Positions 8,704 to 18,027 are shown, numbered from the stretch's first letter. The stretch is DNA of 32,000 nucleotides from Geotalea uraniireducens Rf4 (GCF_000016745.1 NC_009483.1:2580001-2612000), one strand, 5' to 3'. Notes: generated by a model from the letters alone, not told the origin. A program made the numbers and translations.

Positions 8704-11226
8704 TTTCTTCGTATGCCGCGTCGGCGCGGCATTCCATGGATCATCCGGCCAGGGATGTTTCGGATAGCGCCCCTTCAGTTCCTTTTTTACTTCCGGATAG
8801 ACTGAATTCCAGAAGCTTCTCAGGTCACGGGTTACCTGGATCGGCCGACGAGCTGGCGACAGCAGGTGAAGAACAACGGGAACCGTACCCCTCGCCAGCG
8901 TCGGGGTGTCGGCCAAACCGAACATTTCCTGCAACTTGACCGCAAGCACCGGCGGACCGTCCTGCGCATAATCGAGGGAAATCCTTGATCCGCTGGGAAC
9001 GACAATATGGGTCGGCGCCTCCCCACCCAGCATGCGCTGTTGCTCCCAACTCAACATATTCTTCAGAGGTGAGAGGATGTCGAGGTTCGACAACTGTGTC
9101 AGAGTTTTAATCCCCGCCAGATACGGACCGAGCCACGCCTCAAGACTTCTGCCAAGATGCTCGATCGTGAGGTCCGGCCACCCTTCATCCGGGAAACAGC
9201 GGGCGATGAAGCAAACCCTGGACCGAAACTGCACCGCCTCCTGCGTCCAGTTGAGGGATGCCAACCCCTGTCCCTCGCTGATGCCCTGCAAAAGTGCGGC
9301 AGTCGTCTCATCTGCTGACGGGGTGATCTGCCGGCTGTCTAAAACAATGGCACCGAGGCGTTCCTCCTCACGGGCGACAACCCGTCCCTGCCTGCCGTCC
9401 CAGACAACCAGCCGCTGCCAGGCGATATCTCCGGCGCATTCTTTCCGTATCATATCGATGTTCAAGGCACTGGCCAGATGGATCACCCCATCGCCCCTTT
9501 CACCACCCTCCATGGCGACCGCCACGACGAAGGGGTTATCGCCCAAGGCGCTCCGTTCGGACAGCTTGCCGCCACGGCCATTGACCAAAAGATAGCGAGC
9601 CGATCCGGGTTCGCGTTGCCGGGCTATCCGGTCGGGATAGGCCCAGGCAAGGAGAAGGCCGGCCGTCTCTACGGAGCATGGCAGGAAAGAATCCTTGATC
9701 CCCAGGATGGAGCGAAGCTGGCGGGATACCCGGTCAACGGCACGGCAGGCAGTTGAATCGACACCATCCGGCATCGCACCGCCCCCCCCTTTTTTGCGCC
9801 ATTCGCCAAGCGCCTCTACCCTGTCCAGCATGTCACTGTCGCTTACCGGCCTATGACCAGAGGAAAAGGTGTATCTAAAGATGTCCCGTTCCGTCAGCAG
9901 GGCGGCCATATCGCAGGCCTGTGTCCCATACCCCCTCCTCCCCCCCTCGACAAGGAGATGGGCAAGACGTGGATGGACCGGCAACCCGGCCATTCGCCGC
10001 CCCGATTCGGTAATCAGTCCCTGCCGATCAAGGGCGCCAAGCCTTTTCAGCAAGGCGCGCCCCTCGGCGAGTGCCGCAACTGGCGGCGGATCAAGCCAGG
10101 CCAGGCTTGCAGCATCGCCTACCCCCCAAAGAGCCAGATCAAGGGCGAACCCGGCAAGGTCTGATGTGCAAATTTCCGGCGCAGCATAGGGGATGAGAGT
10201 TGTCTGAATATGCTCTGTCCAGAGACGGTGACATATTCCCGGCCCCAGCCTTCCCGCCCGGCCGGCCCGCTGGGTAGCGGAGGCGGCAGACACCCGCACT
10301 GTGACGAGACGGTTCAGTCCGCTGGCGGGATCAAAGCGGAGCTGGCGGCAGAATCCGCTGTCGATCACCACACGCACTCCCTCGATGGTCAAACTCGTTT
10401 CGGCAATATTGGTGGCCAGCACCACTTTACGGCGGGAAGCTGGTAGAATCGCCTTCTCCTGGGCATCGAAGGGAAGGTCGCCAAAGAGTGGACAGATAAG
10501 TGGCGATTGTCCATCGCCAGAGTTTTCGAGGAGCCGCTGGCAACGGCGGATTTCCCCTGCACCGGGGAGGAAAACGAGAATGTCGCCCTCCGTTTCATTA
10601 AGTGCCCGATGAACGGCAGCGGCTACCGTTTCAGGGAGCCGCCCTTCCGCCTCGCGGGGGAGATAACGCAGGTTGACGGGGAAAGTGCGCCCCGCACTGG
10701 TTATCAGCGGGGCGTTGCCCAGGAGGGCCGCAATGGGGGCGGCATCAAGGGTCGCCGACATGACGACGATCTTCAGGTCCTCACGCAGACCCTGCTGCGC
10801 GTCCCGGCAGAGAGCTAACGCAAGGTCGCTGTGCAGGCTCCGTTCGTGGAATTCATCGAATATCACCACCCCGACACCGGCCAGGCCAGGGTCTGTCTGG
10901 AGCCGTCGGCTGAGAATCCCTTCCGTGACAACTTCGATGCGCGTTGCGGCAGAAACCTTCCTCTCAAAGCGAATGCTATAGCCGACCGTCTTTCCCACCT
11001 CTTCCCCCAAAAGGGAAGCCATCCAGCGGGCCGCATTGGTGGCAGCCAGGCGGCGCGGTTCGAGCATCAGGATTTTTTGATTATTGAAGGAGGAATCTGC
11101 CAGCAGGGCCAGCGGCACCCGGGTGGTCTTGCCGGCGCCGGGAGGAGCCTGGACGACAATTGCGGAGTGGGTTTTTACGGCTGTCAGAAATTCGGGAAGA
11201 ATTTCATCGATCGGAAGGCGGTTCAT
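8698..11226 (-). CDS. hrpB: ATP-dependent RNA helicase HrpB (DEAH-box)
   Basis: 842 aa with PPGAGKTT (motif I), DEFHER (DEAH variant), SATL and the QRAGRAGR motif, plus a long HrpB-type C-terminal domain. Confidence 0.95.
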   Translation of the reverse strand: MNRLPIDEILPEFLTAVKTHSAIVVQAPPGAGKTTRVPLALLADSSFNNQKILMLEPRRLAATNAARWMASLLGEEVGKTVGYSIRFERKVSAATRIEVVTEGILSRRLQTDPGLAGVGVVIFDEFHERSLHSDLALALCRDAQQGLREDLKIVVMSATLDAAPIAALLGNAPLITSAGRTFPVNLRYLPREAEGRLPETVAAAVHRALNETEGDILVFLPGAGEIRRCQRLLENSGDGQSPLICPLFGDLPFDAQEKAILPASRRKVVLATNIAETSLTIEGVRVVIDSGFCRQLRFDPASGLNRLVTVRVSAASATQRAGRAGRLGPGICHRLWTEHIQTTLIPYAAPEICTSDLAGFALDLALWGVGDAASLAWLDPPPVAALAEGRALLKRLGALDRQGLITESGRRMAGLPVHPRLAHLLVEGGRRGYGTQACDMAALLTERDIFRYTFSSGHRPVSDSDMLDRVEALGEWRKKGGGGAMPDGVDSTACRAVDRVSRQLRSILGIKDSFLPCSVETAGLLLAWAYPDRIARQREPGSARYLLVNGRGGKLSERSALGDNPFVVAVAMEGGERGDGVIHLASALNIDMIRKECAGDIAWQRLVVWDGRQGRVVAREEERLGAIVLDSRQITPSADETTAALLQGISEGQGLASLNWTQEAVQFRSRVCFIARCFPDEGWPDLTIEHLGRSLEAWLGPYLAGIKTLTQLSNLDILSPLKNMLSWEQQRMLGGEAPTHIVVPSGSRISLDYAQDGPPVLAVKLQEMFGLADTPTLARGTVPVVLHLLSPARRPIQVTRDLRSFWNSVYPEVKKELKGRYPKHPWPDDPWNAAPTRHTKKR

Positions 11227-11239
11227 AATAAGGGATGGG

Positions 11240-11917
11240 TCAAAACAGGCGGCTCAGCCCCTGACAATCGATGCCGACCAGGGAATCAACCACCCGAAAT
11301 GCACCCGTAAGCCTCTCCTCCGGGTAGCTGTTGGCAACAGCGAGGACCTTCAGGCCGGCGCTGGTTGCCGAGGCAATGCCGGCAGGGGTGTCTTCGATGG
11401 CAAGACAATTCCCGGCAATTATCCCCATGTCGGGAAAAACTGCCGCCAACCTTTCCACAGCAAGGAGATAGCTCTCCGGATCAGGCTTGCTTGCCGCCAC
11501 CTCATCAGCAGTAACCATGGTGTCGAAGGCGTCGGTAATCCCGAGTTGTTTCAGGATAGGATAAATGTCGCCAGAGAGGGCACCGCTGCACAGGCCAAGG
11601 GGCAAATCCCCCTGAACGGAGCGAATCAGCTCGACCACCCCCGGGTACGGCTTTACGCCGGAAGCAATGATCCTGTTGAAGGCAGCGGCTTTCTTTTCAA
11701 TCAACGACTTCAACTCCTCAGCGCCAATCATTTTATTCCCGGCCCGGAACGCCTCGCGGAAAGCATCGCGGTCATCGAAGCCGATGTAATGGCGGAGATA
11801 TTCATCCCAGGAATAACCGAACCCAAGAGGCACGAGCACCTCCTGAAACGCCTTATAGTGCAGCGGTTCAGTATCGACAATGATCCCGTCAAAATCAAAG
11901 ACGACAGCGGAAAGCAT
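11240..11917 (-). CDS. HAD-IA family hydrolase (beta-phosphoglucomutase-like phosphatase)
   Basis: The FDFDGIIVDTE motif I, motif II (CSG) and IEDTPAGI motif are present. GGAGGT lies upstream of the ATG. Confidence 0.85.
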   Translation of the reverse strand: MLSAVVFDFDGIIVDTEPLHYKAFQEVLVPLGFGYSWDEYLRHYIGFDDRDAFREAFRAGNKMIGAEELKSLIEKKAAAFNRIIASGVKPYPGVVELIRSVQGDLPLGLCSGALSGDIYPILKQLGITDAFDTMVTADEVAASKPDPESYLLAVERLAAVFPDMGIIAGNCLAIEDTPAGIASATSAGLKVLAVANSYPEERLTGAFRVVDSLVGIDCQGLSRLF

Positions 11918-11998
11918 TATTAAACCTCCAATTTACCATGATGCTTCAAAACCTAGGAGCCTGTCGGGTCTGAACTTGCGGCAATTTTCGATAATTTG

Positions 11999-12805
11999 TC
12001 AGAACTTGCCGACTAGCACAAGACCAGCCGCGTCGCCGGAAACCAGCGGAGCCAGAGTGACATTGCGTCTCGAAGCGTGGTAGTTTGTGACAACCCTGCC
12101 GCAGAGTTCACCGATTGCGGCGCCGAGAACAACGTCGCTGGCCCAGTGCTTATCCTGATACATGCGCGAGAAACCGACAAAGGCAGCGGCAGAATAATAG
12201 GACAATTTGAGGGTCATGCTCTCCGAAGTTGCCGCCAGCACGGACGCCATGGCAAAAGAGCTGGACGTATGCATGGAAGGCATGGAATCATAGTCCCCTT
12301 TAAACTGGAACGGCTTGAAATCCCCTTTACCCGCGCCTGTAAATGGCCGCCCCCTGCCGATCCCCTCTTTAAGCAGAAACGTCGTCGCGTCGGCGAGAAG
12401 AACAGCTTCCCCCATCATCTCACCGATGGACCGGTATTGGGGCGAATCGGCGACAACCCCTCCGCCATAGACGGCGGCAGCAATACCCAGATGAAGGAAC
12501 GGATTACCCAGCACATTCCCGGCATCGGCGGCCTTGTCCAGGTTGCGGCTTTTCACCCCCTGAAGCTTTGTCCTTATGTCGTCGTCAAAAACATAGGTCA
12601 ATCCCACGGCCCCGGCTACGGCCAGGGTCCCGACAAGGCCATGATTATCCGTATCCAGCGGCGTCCTGGCAACATCAACCGCCTCTTCCCCCAGACGGAC
12701 GATCTCCCCCTTTATGACAGCAGTGCTGTTAAAGAGATTATCTTCGGCCAAAGCAGGAGAAACAATCAGGAACAGCAGAAACATGACCGGCAAGAGACAA
12801 CGCAC
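11999..12805 (-). CDS. PAP2-family (type 2 phosphatidic acid phosphatase-like) secreted or membrane phosphatase
   Basis: The KEGIGRGRP, PSMHT and SRMYQDKHWASDV tripartite PAP2 motifs are present. The GTG start at 12805 is preceded by GAAGGAG, and a signal peptide follows. Confidence 0.85.
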   Translation of the reverse strand: MRCLLPVMFLLFLIVSPALAEDNLFNSTAVIKGEIVRLGEEAVDVARTPLDTDNHGLVGTLAVAGAVGLTYVFDDDIRTKLQGVKSRNLDKAADAGNVLGNPFLHLGIAAAVYGGGVVADSPQYRSIGEMMGEAVLLADATTFLLKEGIGRGRPFTGAGKGDFKPFQFKGDYDSMPSMHTSSSFAMASVLAATSESMTLKLSYYSAAAFVGFSRMYQDKHWASDVVLGAAIGELCGRVVTNYHASRRNVTLAPLVSGDAAGLVLVGKF

Positions 12806-12874
12806 TTCAACTCCTTCAAGGTTTCACTAAAACAACAACTCCCCATGCGATGAACAACAACCACCCGACGTCAG

Positions 12875-14065
12875 TTACGTCCGGCGACGAAATTCCAGTG
12901 AGCCCTTGATCTCCTGCCAGCGCCCCCGATCCTCATCAGACATTTTATCGAAATATTCGAGGACGAAGGCGGTAAAGATCGAGACAAAAAAGGCGGTAAC
13001 CGTGGCAAGGATGACGATCAGCGACCTTTTCGGCTTGCTCTTCTTCATGGGGACTACAGCTTCATCCAGCACCTGGATGGACGACGAATCCTTGGCCTCG
13101 GAAATCTTCGCCACCTCGTACTGCTTTTTCAACTGCTCGAAAATCGCTTCCTGGGTTTTCAACTCCCGCAGCTTGCGTGCGTATTCGAGGCCCAGATTGG
13201 GGACATTGCCGACCGAAGGGATCACGTCGCCGGCGCCGTTACCGGAGAAAGCTCCCAACTGGTTGCGCAGTTTGCCTATCGATACCTGGAGCAGCTTGAC
13301 TTCCGGGCTTTCATCGGTCTGGTAGCTTTTCAGGGAGGCGAGCTGGACCTCCTTGGCGACGATCTCCGCCCTCAGCCTGGCGATACCCTCGATACTGGCC
13401 GCCGCCTGCGAATCGACCTTGAATATCTTGTTTTTTTCCTGGAACGCCTTTAAATCGTCTTCAGCCCGCGCCAGATCCTGCTTGACCACAGCAAGACGCT
13501 TTTCCAGGAAAGCCCGTTCAGTACCGGCCTTGGTCAGGTTCAACTGCACGCTTCGGATGCCCAGCTCCTCGACCATGACATTCGCCAGGCTGGCGGCCAT
13601 CCTGGGGTCCCTGCTCTCGGCGGTAATGGTAATGATCCCGTCCTTTCCCGCCTGGTACTTCACCACCCCTGCCAACGCATTTCTCGTGTCGTCAAGGGTA
13701 TTTGTCTTGAACCCTTTCTGCAGATCGAGGCGCTTGATCACAGCATCGGCAACCGAGCGGCTCTTCAGAATGCCCATATAGAGGTCGGCGCTCCCTCCCA
13801 GGGCCCCACCCGCCAGCCCGGCAAGACCGCCCATCTGGCCGAGAAGCGCCGAAACCCCACCGCCGCCCACGTCCTTCTGCGGCGGAAGCAGACGCGCCGT
13901 TGCCGTATAGATGTTCGGCAGAAAAAGGCAGTATATTATGGAAATAACGGCAACTGAAACAGAAAGCTTGACTATCATTCCCTTGCGCTTGATGACCACC
14001 CGGAGGAGGTCGAGGAGGTTTATCTCCTGCTCTTCCAGCTGCACTTCGTTTACACGTTCATCCAT
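12875..14065 (-). CDS. Polysaccharide chain-length determinant (Wzz/GumC-type) protein without a kinase domain
   Basis: An N-terminal Wzz motif region (INLLDLLRVVIKRKGMIV + TM) is followed by a long coiled-coil periplasmic region and a C-terminal TM. No Walker motifs are present. Confidence 0.85.
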   Translation of the reverse strand: MDERVNEVQLEEQEINLLDLLRVVIKRKGMIVKLSVSVAVISIIYCLFLPNIYTATARLLPPQKDVGGGGVSALLGQMGGLAGLAGGALGGSADLYMGILKSRSVADAVIKRLDLQKGFKTNTLDDTRNALAGVVKYQAGKDGIITITAESRDPRMAASLANVMVEELGIRSVQLNLTKAGTERAFLEKRLAVVKQDLARAEDDLKAFQEKNKIFKVDSQAAASIEGIARLRAEIVAKEVQLASLKSYQTDESPEVKLLQVSIGKLRNQLGAFSGNGAGDVIPSVGNVPNLGLEYARKLRELKTQEAIFEQLKKQYEVAKISEAKDSSSIQVLDEAVVPMKKSKPKRSLIVILATVTAFFVSIFTAFVLEYFDKMSDEDRGRWQEIKGSLEFRRRT

Positions 14066-14077
14066 GCCGGTATCCTT

Positions 14078-16924
14078 TTATTTGAGTCCGATGAAGACGG
14101 TGGCTGCGGTCAGCGCCACCTGCGACAGGATGGTGGTTATATCCTTGATTTCCCTCAGCCATGCCGTGCGCTCCAGTTTCTGCGGCACCACCAGGGTGTC
14201 ACCCGGATCCATGGTCTTGGACATGAAGCTGCCGAAGGTCCAGCTCTTCGACACTTCGTCCCAATGGATGCCGAACGTGGCCTGTTGGCGACTGTCTACG
14301 GAACCATCCGCCTTGATGATGTACATTTCGTCTTCCTCTGCATCCCTGGTCGGTCCGCCGGCATTTTTCAAATAGGATGCAATACTGCCGCCGGCCATAT
14401 GGACAAAAGTCGTCGGATTGTATACCTGCCCCATAACATTGATAACATTGGGCGTTTGTGGTATGTCGAGGATATCGCCCCCCATCATTTCAAGGTCATA
14501 GGGGCTCTTTTGCAGCTCGTTTAAAGGTACAAGACGCACTACCACCCGACCTTCGGCTTTTACCAACTTCAATTTCTCCAACCCTTTCATCAACCCTTCC
14601 AACGACGCCTTGGTTGCTTCAAGCTCTTCCTTTGAAGAAGCCAGCGAAGCGAGTTCACCCTGCTTCTTCAAGATGTCCTGTTCGCTGCGGGAAATAACTT
14701 CATCCATCCGCTTTTGCTGGCTTTCCTGAACCGATTTCCTTGTGAACTTGGCCCCTTTCAGATATGCCTTGTCGGTAAAACCACCGGCCCTGGAAATCAC
14801 GGAATCAAGCTTCTCGCCCTTGGCAATGGAATAAATGCCGGGAAACCTGACTTCGCCCTTAAGGGTAACGAATCTATCGGTTGCATCAAGCCACTCGACA
14901 ACGCCGCGCACAATAAGCACATCATCGGGCTGAAGCTGAATATTCTGTTCCGGATCTCCTGACATAGCTTTTTTCAGGTTGATATCCACGCGTATTGAAT
15001 TGGCTTTGCCATGCACCACATCAATACGTGTCAACTCGGCGTTATCGAGATATGCGTTTCTCTTGAGGCTGCCGGCAGCGGTCACCAGATCACGCACCGT
15101 CATTCGCTGGTAGTAATCATAGGTGCCTGGATTCAGCACCTGTCCATTGATTGAAACCACCGGCTTTTCTTCCATCTCTCCGCGGGAAAACACCCTGATG
15201 GTATCCTGCTCCTGAAGCAGGATATTTTCCTTCTGGTCGCCTTCCATGGCTTTTCGCAGATTGATCGACAATGTTTCCTTGTGGAAATCCGGGGAAACCA
15301 GGCGGGAGATTTCCGCGGACTCCAGATAGGAATCCGGCAAGAGCGCCGTGTAAGAAGGGATTATATCGGTTACTCGCATCCCGTCTTTGTACTGGTATTC
15401 GCCCGGCCGCGCCACATTGCCCTTGAGGCCGACCACATGACGTAATGCCTTGAACACGGGAAAGACCTTTATCATGTCCCTGTCGTGGATCGTCACCTTT
15501 GCAAGAGTTTCCTCCATCTGGCCGGCCTTCGGCTCATAATCGAGGACAATACGCGCGCTATTCCCTTCAATCCTTTCTACCTGCAGCCTGCCGGTATCCC
15601 CGGACGCGGCAATGCCGCCCGCGAGCTGCAGAATCTGAACGAGGTTCGTCGTCCCCTTTAATTCGTAGATCCCCGGTCGCTTCACCTCACCGGCCACTGC
15701 CGCAACAGGACCTATGACAGGAACAAAGATGGTGTCGCCGTTTTCCAGACGCAGGTCTTTGCTCCGGTCGCCACCGAGGAGCATATCGTAAAGGTCGATT
15801 TCCTGAACGACCTTCCCCCCCCTGAGCAGTCTGATGGTGCGCAGGCTTCCGTTCAATGAGGGGCCGCCCGCCTGAGACAAAGCGTTTATGACTGTCGCAA
15901 GCGAGCTGACCGAATACGTGCCGGGAGATTCCACCTCGCCGACTACAAACACCTGAATGGTGCGTAATCTGCCAAGCGTGACGTTCAGTTCGTACCCCTT
16001 AAAGTAGCGGGAAATAGCCTTGTTGATGACATCTTTAGCCTGGGCATAACTGATCCCCCAGACTTTTACCGTGCCGACTTTTGGCAGAGAAATTTCACCG
16101 TTTCTGTCCACCGTTGCATCATATCGTGCCTGCACTGACCCCCACAGGTCGATGCGCAGAGAATCGCCAGGGCCAATAATATAATCTCCCCCAACCGGAA
16201 GATTGTCGGTCAATATTCCGGTGGAAAGACTGTTTTTGAAAAAATCATAGCCGAACTGCTTGAGGTCCCTCTTGAACGGGTCCGCCTCCAGGTTGTCCTG
16301 CAAGGTTGTTACGTTCCTGGCAAATGATTTTTCCAGCTGAGAACCCTGCTCTTCCGTCGGCAAAGGAATAGCAGTCATTTCTCTGGAGAAAAGAACCAGG
16401 TCGACAGCTTTCGGTTCTGCCTCGTCCGTTTCCTGTTTGACCTGGATGCTGGTGCTTCCCTGGATCTTGATATAATAGACCTGGTGGTTTTTCAATCCCC
16501 GGAGTTTATAATCCCGTACATTACCAACATCGAGTTTTTTGTCATAACTCCCGGACTCGGTTCCGTAAAACAGGGTATATTTCAACGGCGGATCGCCAGG
16601 TTTCTGTTGAAGTCCCTTGATGTCCCAACTAAGGGAAATGAGCCCGTCGCCCGGCTCGGTTTTCATAAAAATCCTGGCTTTATTACCGGGCGGCTCCGTT
16701 AAAGATTTGTCCTTATCGGAAGGGACCCCCTTAGTGATATCAGATGTACTTCTCCCCTTCAATTCATTCAGTTCTCCAAGAGGGATTCCCTGCTTTTCCG
16801 CCCCTGTGTACATACCCTGCTGTTCTTCGATTTTTTTCATTTCATCTGCCGTCAACGCAAATGCAGGCACGAAAACAAGGAGCAGAAGCAAGGTCAGCAT
16901 ACTGTTACTCAAGATTTTTTTCAT
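14078..16924 (-). CDS. Large polysaccharide export protein (Wza-like Poly_export domain, multiple SLBB repeats, N-terminal FN3-like module)
   Basis: The PGDSLRIDLWG Poly_export motif is present. The motif (P/R)G.Y.(L/V)..G.T(L/V)..(L/A)I..AGG recurs at least four times, indicating SLBB domains. I chose the ATG at 16924 (signal peptide MKKILSNSMLTLLLLLVFVPAFA) over the TTG at 16963. Confidence 0.9.
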   Translation of the reverse strand: MKKILSNSMLTLLLLLVFVPAFALTADEMKKIEEQQGMYTGAEKQGIPLGELNELKGRSTSDITKGVPSDKDKSLTEPPGNKARIFMKTEPGDGLISLSWDIKGLQQKPGDPPLKYTLFYGTESGSYDKKLDVGNVRDYKLRGLKNHQVYYIKIQGSTSIQVKQETDEAEPKAVDLVLFSREMTAIPLPTEEQGSQLEKSFARNVTTLQDNLEADPFKRDLKQFGYDFFKNSLSTGILTDNLPVGGDYIIGPGDSLRIDLWGSVQARYDATVDRNGEISLPKVGTVKVWGISYAQAKDVINKAISRYFKGYELNVTLGRLRTIQVFVVGEVESPGTYSVSSLATVINALSQAGGPSLNGSLRTIRLLRGGKVVQEIDLYDMLLGGDRSKDLRLENGDTIFVPVIGPVAAVAGEVKRPGIYELKGTTNLVQILQLAGGIAASGDTGRLQVERIEGNSARIVLDYEPKAGQMEETLAKVTIHDRDMIKVFPVFKALRHVVGLKGNVARPGEYQYKDGMRVTDIIPSYTALLPDSYLESAEISRLVSPDFHKETLSINLRKAMEGDQKENILLQEQDTIRVFSRGEMEEKPVVSINGQVLNPGTYDYYQRMTVRDLVTAAGSLKRNAYLDNAELTRIDVVHGKANSIRVDINLKKAMSGDPEQNIQLQPDDVLIVRGVVEWLDATDRFVTLKGEVRFPGIYSIAKGEKLDSVISRAGGFTDKAYLKGAKFTRKSVQESQQKRMDEVISRSEQDILKKQGELASLASSKEELEATKASLEGLMKGLEKLKLVKAEGRVVVRLVPLNELQKSPYDLEMMGGDILDIPQTPNVINVMGQVYNPTTFVHMAGGSIASYLKNAGGPTRDAEEDEMYIIKADGSVDSRQQATFGIHWDEVSKSWTFGSFMSKTMDPGDTLVVPQKLERTAWLREIKDITTILSQVALTAATVFIGLK

Positions 16925-17038
16925 CAATCCGTCCCTGATAGTTTTTTGATAATCCAGTGACAAGAAAGCAGGTCACCGGGTAATTCCTTCACTCAGCAAA
17001 TTCCTTATGAACGCTGATATCTGCAAACGGCTCTAAAC

Positions 17039-17072
17039 AAAAAAACAGCAATCCTTACGAAAAGGATTACTG
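17039..17072 (-). terminator. Intrinsic terminator after the tRNA-Gln/tRNA-Glu unit
   Basis: The minus strand reads CAGTAATCCTT-ttcgt-AAGGATTGCTG followed by T7, starting 14 nt after the tRNA-Glu CCA end. Confidence 0.85.
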
Positions 17073-17085
17073 TTCTTATTGATGG

Positions 17086-17160
17086 TGGTGATCCCAAGGG
17101 GACTTGAACCCCTGTTACCGACGTGAAAGGCCGGTGTCCTAACCGCTAGACGATGGGACC
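17086..17160 (-). tRNA. tRNA-Glu (anticodon UUC), CCA encoded
   Basis: The reverse complement is GGTCCCATCGTCTAGCGGTTAGGACACCGGCCTTTCACGTCGGTAACAGGGGTTCAAGTCCCCTTGGGATCACCA. The anticodon loop is CTTTCAC, and the sequence closely resembles the E. coli tRNA-Glu layout. Confidence 0.93.
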
Positions 17161-17198
17161 TGAATATCGGTGAATGGTGAATAGTGAATGGTGAATGG
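17161..17198 (+). repeat. Heptad array, family 1: TGAATAT CGG TGAATGG TGAATAG TGAATGG TGAATGG (plus-strand reading)
   Basis: Read directly in the 101-nt spacer between the two tRNAs. It is followed at 17228-17255 by two copies of CTTCACTTTT(T)CAT, which is partly complementary (GTGAA/TTCAC). Confidence 0.8.
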
Positions 17199-17261
17199 TC
17201 CCCAAAAACTTTCATATCCCGCTCACACTTCACTTTTCATGCTTCACTTTTTCATTTTTAA

Positions 17262-17335
17262 TGGCTGGGGTGCGAGGATTCGAACCTCGGATGACGGAGT
17301 CAGAGTCCGTTGCCTTACCGCTTGGCGACACCCCA
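17262..17335 (-). tRNA. tRNA-Gln (anticodon CUG), CCA encoded
   Basis: The reverse complement is TGGGGTGTCGCCAAGCGGTAAGGCAACGGACTCTGACTCCGTCATCCGAGGTTCGAATCCTCGCACCCCAGCCA. The anticodon loop is CTCTGAC. Confidence 0.93.
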
Positions 17336-17349
17336 ACAGGTAGACGAGA

Positions 17350-17378
17350 TATATAGCAAAGTGCGCCGTTCCAGTCAA
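17350..17378 (-). promoter_or_regulatory. tRNA-Gln/Glu promoter (TTGACT-N17-TATATA with TGn extended -10)
   Basis: The minus strand reads TTGACTggaacggcgcactttGcTATATA and ends 14 nt before the tRNA-Gln 5' end. Confidence 0.6.
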
Positions 17379-17423
17379 GTATTTTTCAGTAACCAGTTGC
17401 CGGCATGGTTAACAAAATCATAC

Positions 17424-17969
17424 TTATCTGCATTTGATGCTTGCCGCTCCCGCTGCAATTGCCCTGACATTGGCCGGAATAAACTTGTGATTTCTTTCAG
17501 GAAGGGCCTCGTTCAATCCCTCCTCCAGTGATGATAGCGACACTGCTCCGGACTTCGCCACATAGGCGCCGACAGCCACCATGTTGACCATCCTGGCGTC
17601 GCCAAGCTCCATGGCGATATCATTCATTGGAATGGCTATGATTTCCATATCATCCCGATTTAAATCGACGGTGTTGACCAGGGAAGAATTTACAATACAG
17701 ACGCCTCCCGGCTTGACCTTTGCACCGAATTTATCCAGCGACGCCTGATTGAGTATTATGACACCTGATGGAGTACCGATAATCGGCGAGCCCACGTCAC
17801 CAGCAGCAATTACCACTGTGCACATGGCAGCTCCGCCACGTTTCTCGACACCGTAGGCAGGGAAAAAGGATACGTTTTTCCCTTCGATTATCGCCGCATA
17901 GGATAGAAGATTCCCCGCCAGCAGCACACCTTGCCCGCCAAATCCCGATATGAATACATCGTGTCGCAT
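17424..17969 (-). CDS. korC: 2-oxoacid:ferredoxin oxidoreductase, gamma subunit (probably 2-oxoglutarate)
   Basis: 181 aa with ISGFGGQGVLLAGNLL, typical of the POR/KOR gamma domain. It is the last gene of a delta-alpha-beta-gamma cluster. Confidence 0.85.
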   Translation of the reverse strand: MRHDVFISGFGGQGVLLAGNLLSYAAIIEGKNVSFFPAYGVEKRGGAAMCTVVIAAGDVGSPIIGTPSGVIILNQASLDKFGAKVKPGGVCIVNSSLVNTVDLNRDDMEIIAIPMNDIAMELGDARMVNMVAVGAYVAKSGAVSLSSLEEGLNEALPERNHKFIPANVRAIAAGAASIKCR

Positions 17970-17982
17970 GAAGATTGCTCCT

Positions 17983-18027
17983 GTAGGCGAACGGCGTTCG
18001 CCCAGGGCGCATGCAATGCGCCCCTAC
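17983..18027 (-). repeat. REP-like nested palindromic element (outer stem TGTAGG/CCTACA enclosing two GC-rich hairpins)
   Basis: The minus strand reads TTGTAGG GGCGCATTGCATGCGCC CTG GGCGAACGCCGTTCGCC TACAGG. The hairpins are at 18005-18023 and 17986-18002. The korB TAG stop lies in the outer stem and the korC SD (AGGAG) follows immediately. Confidence 0.7.
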
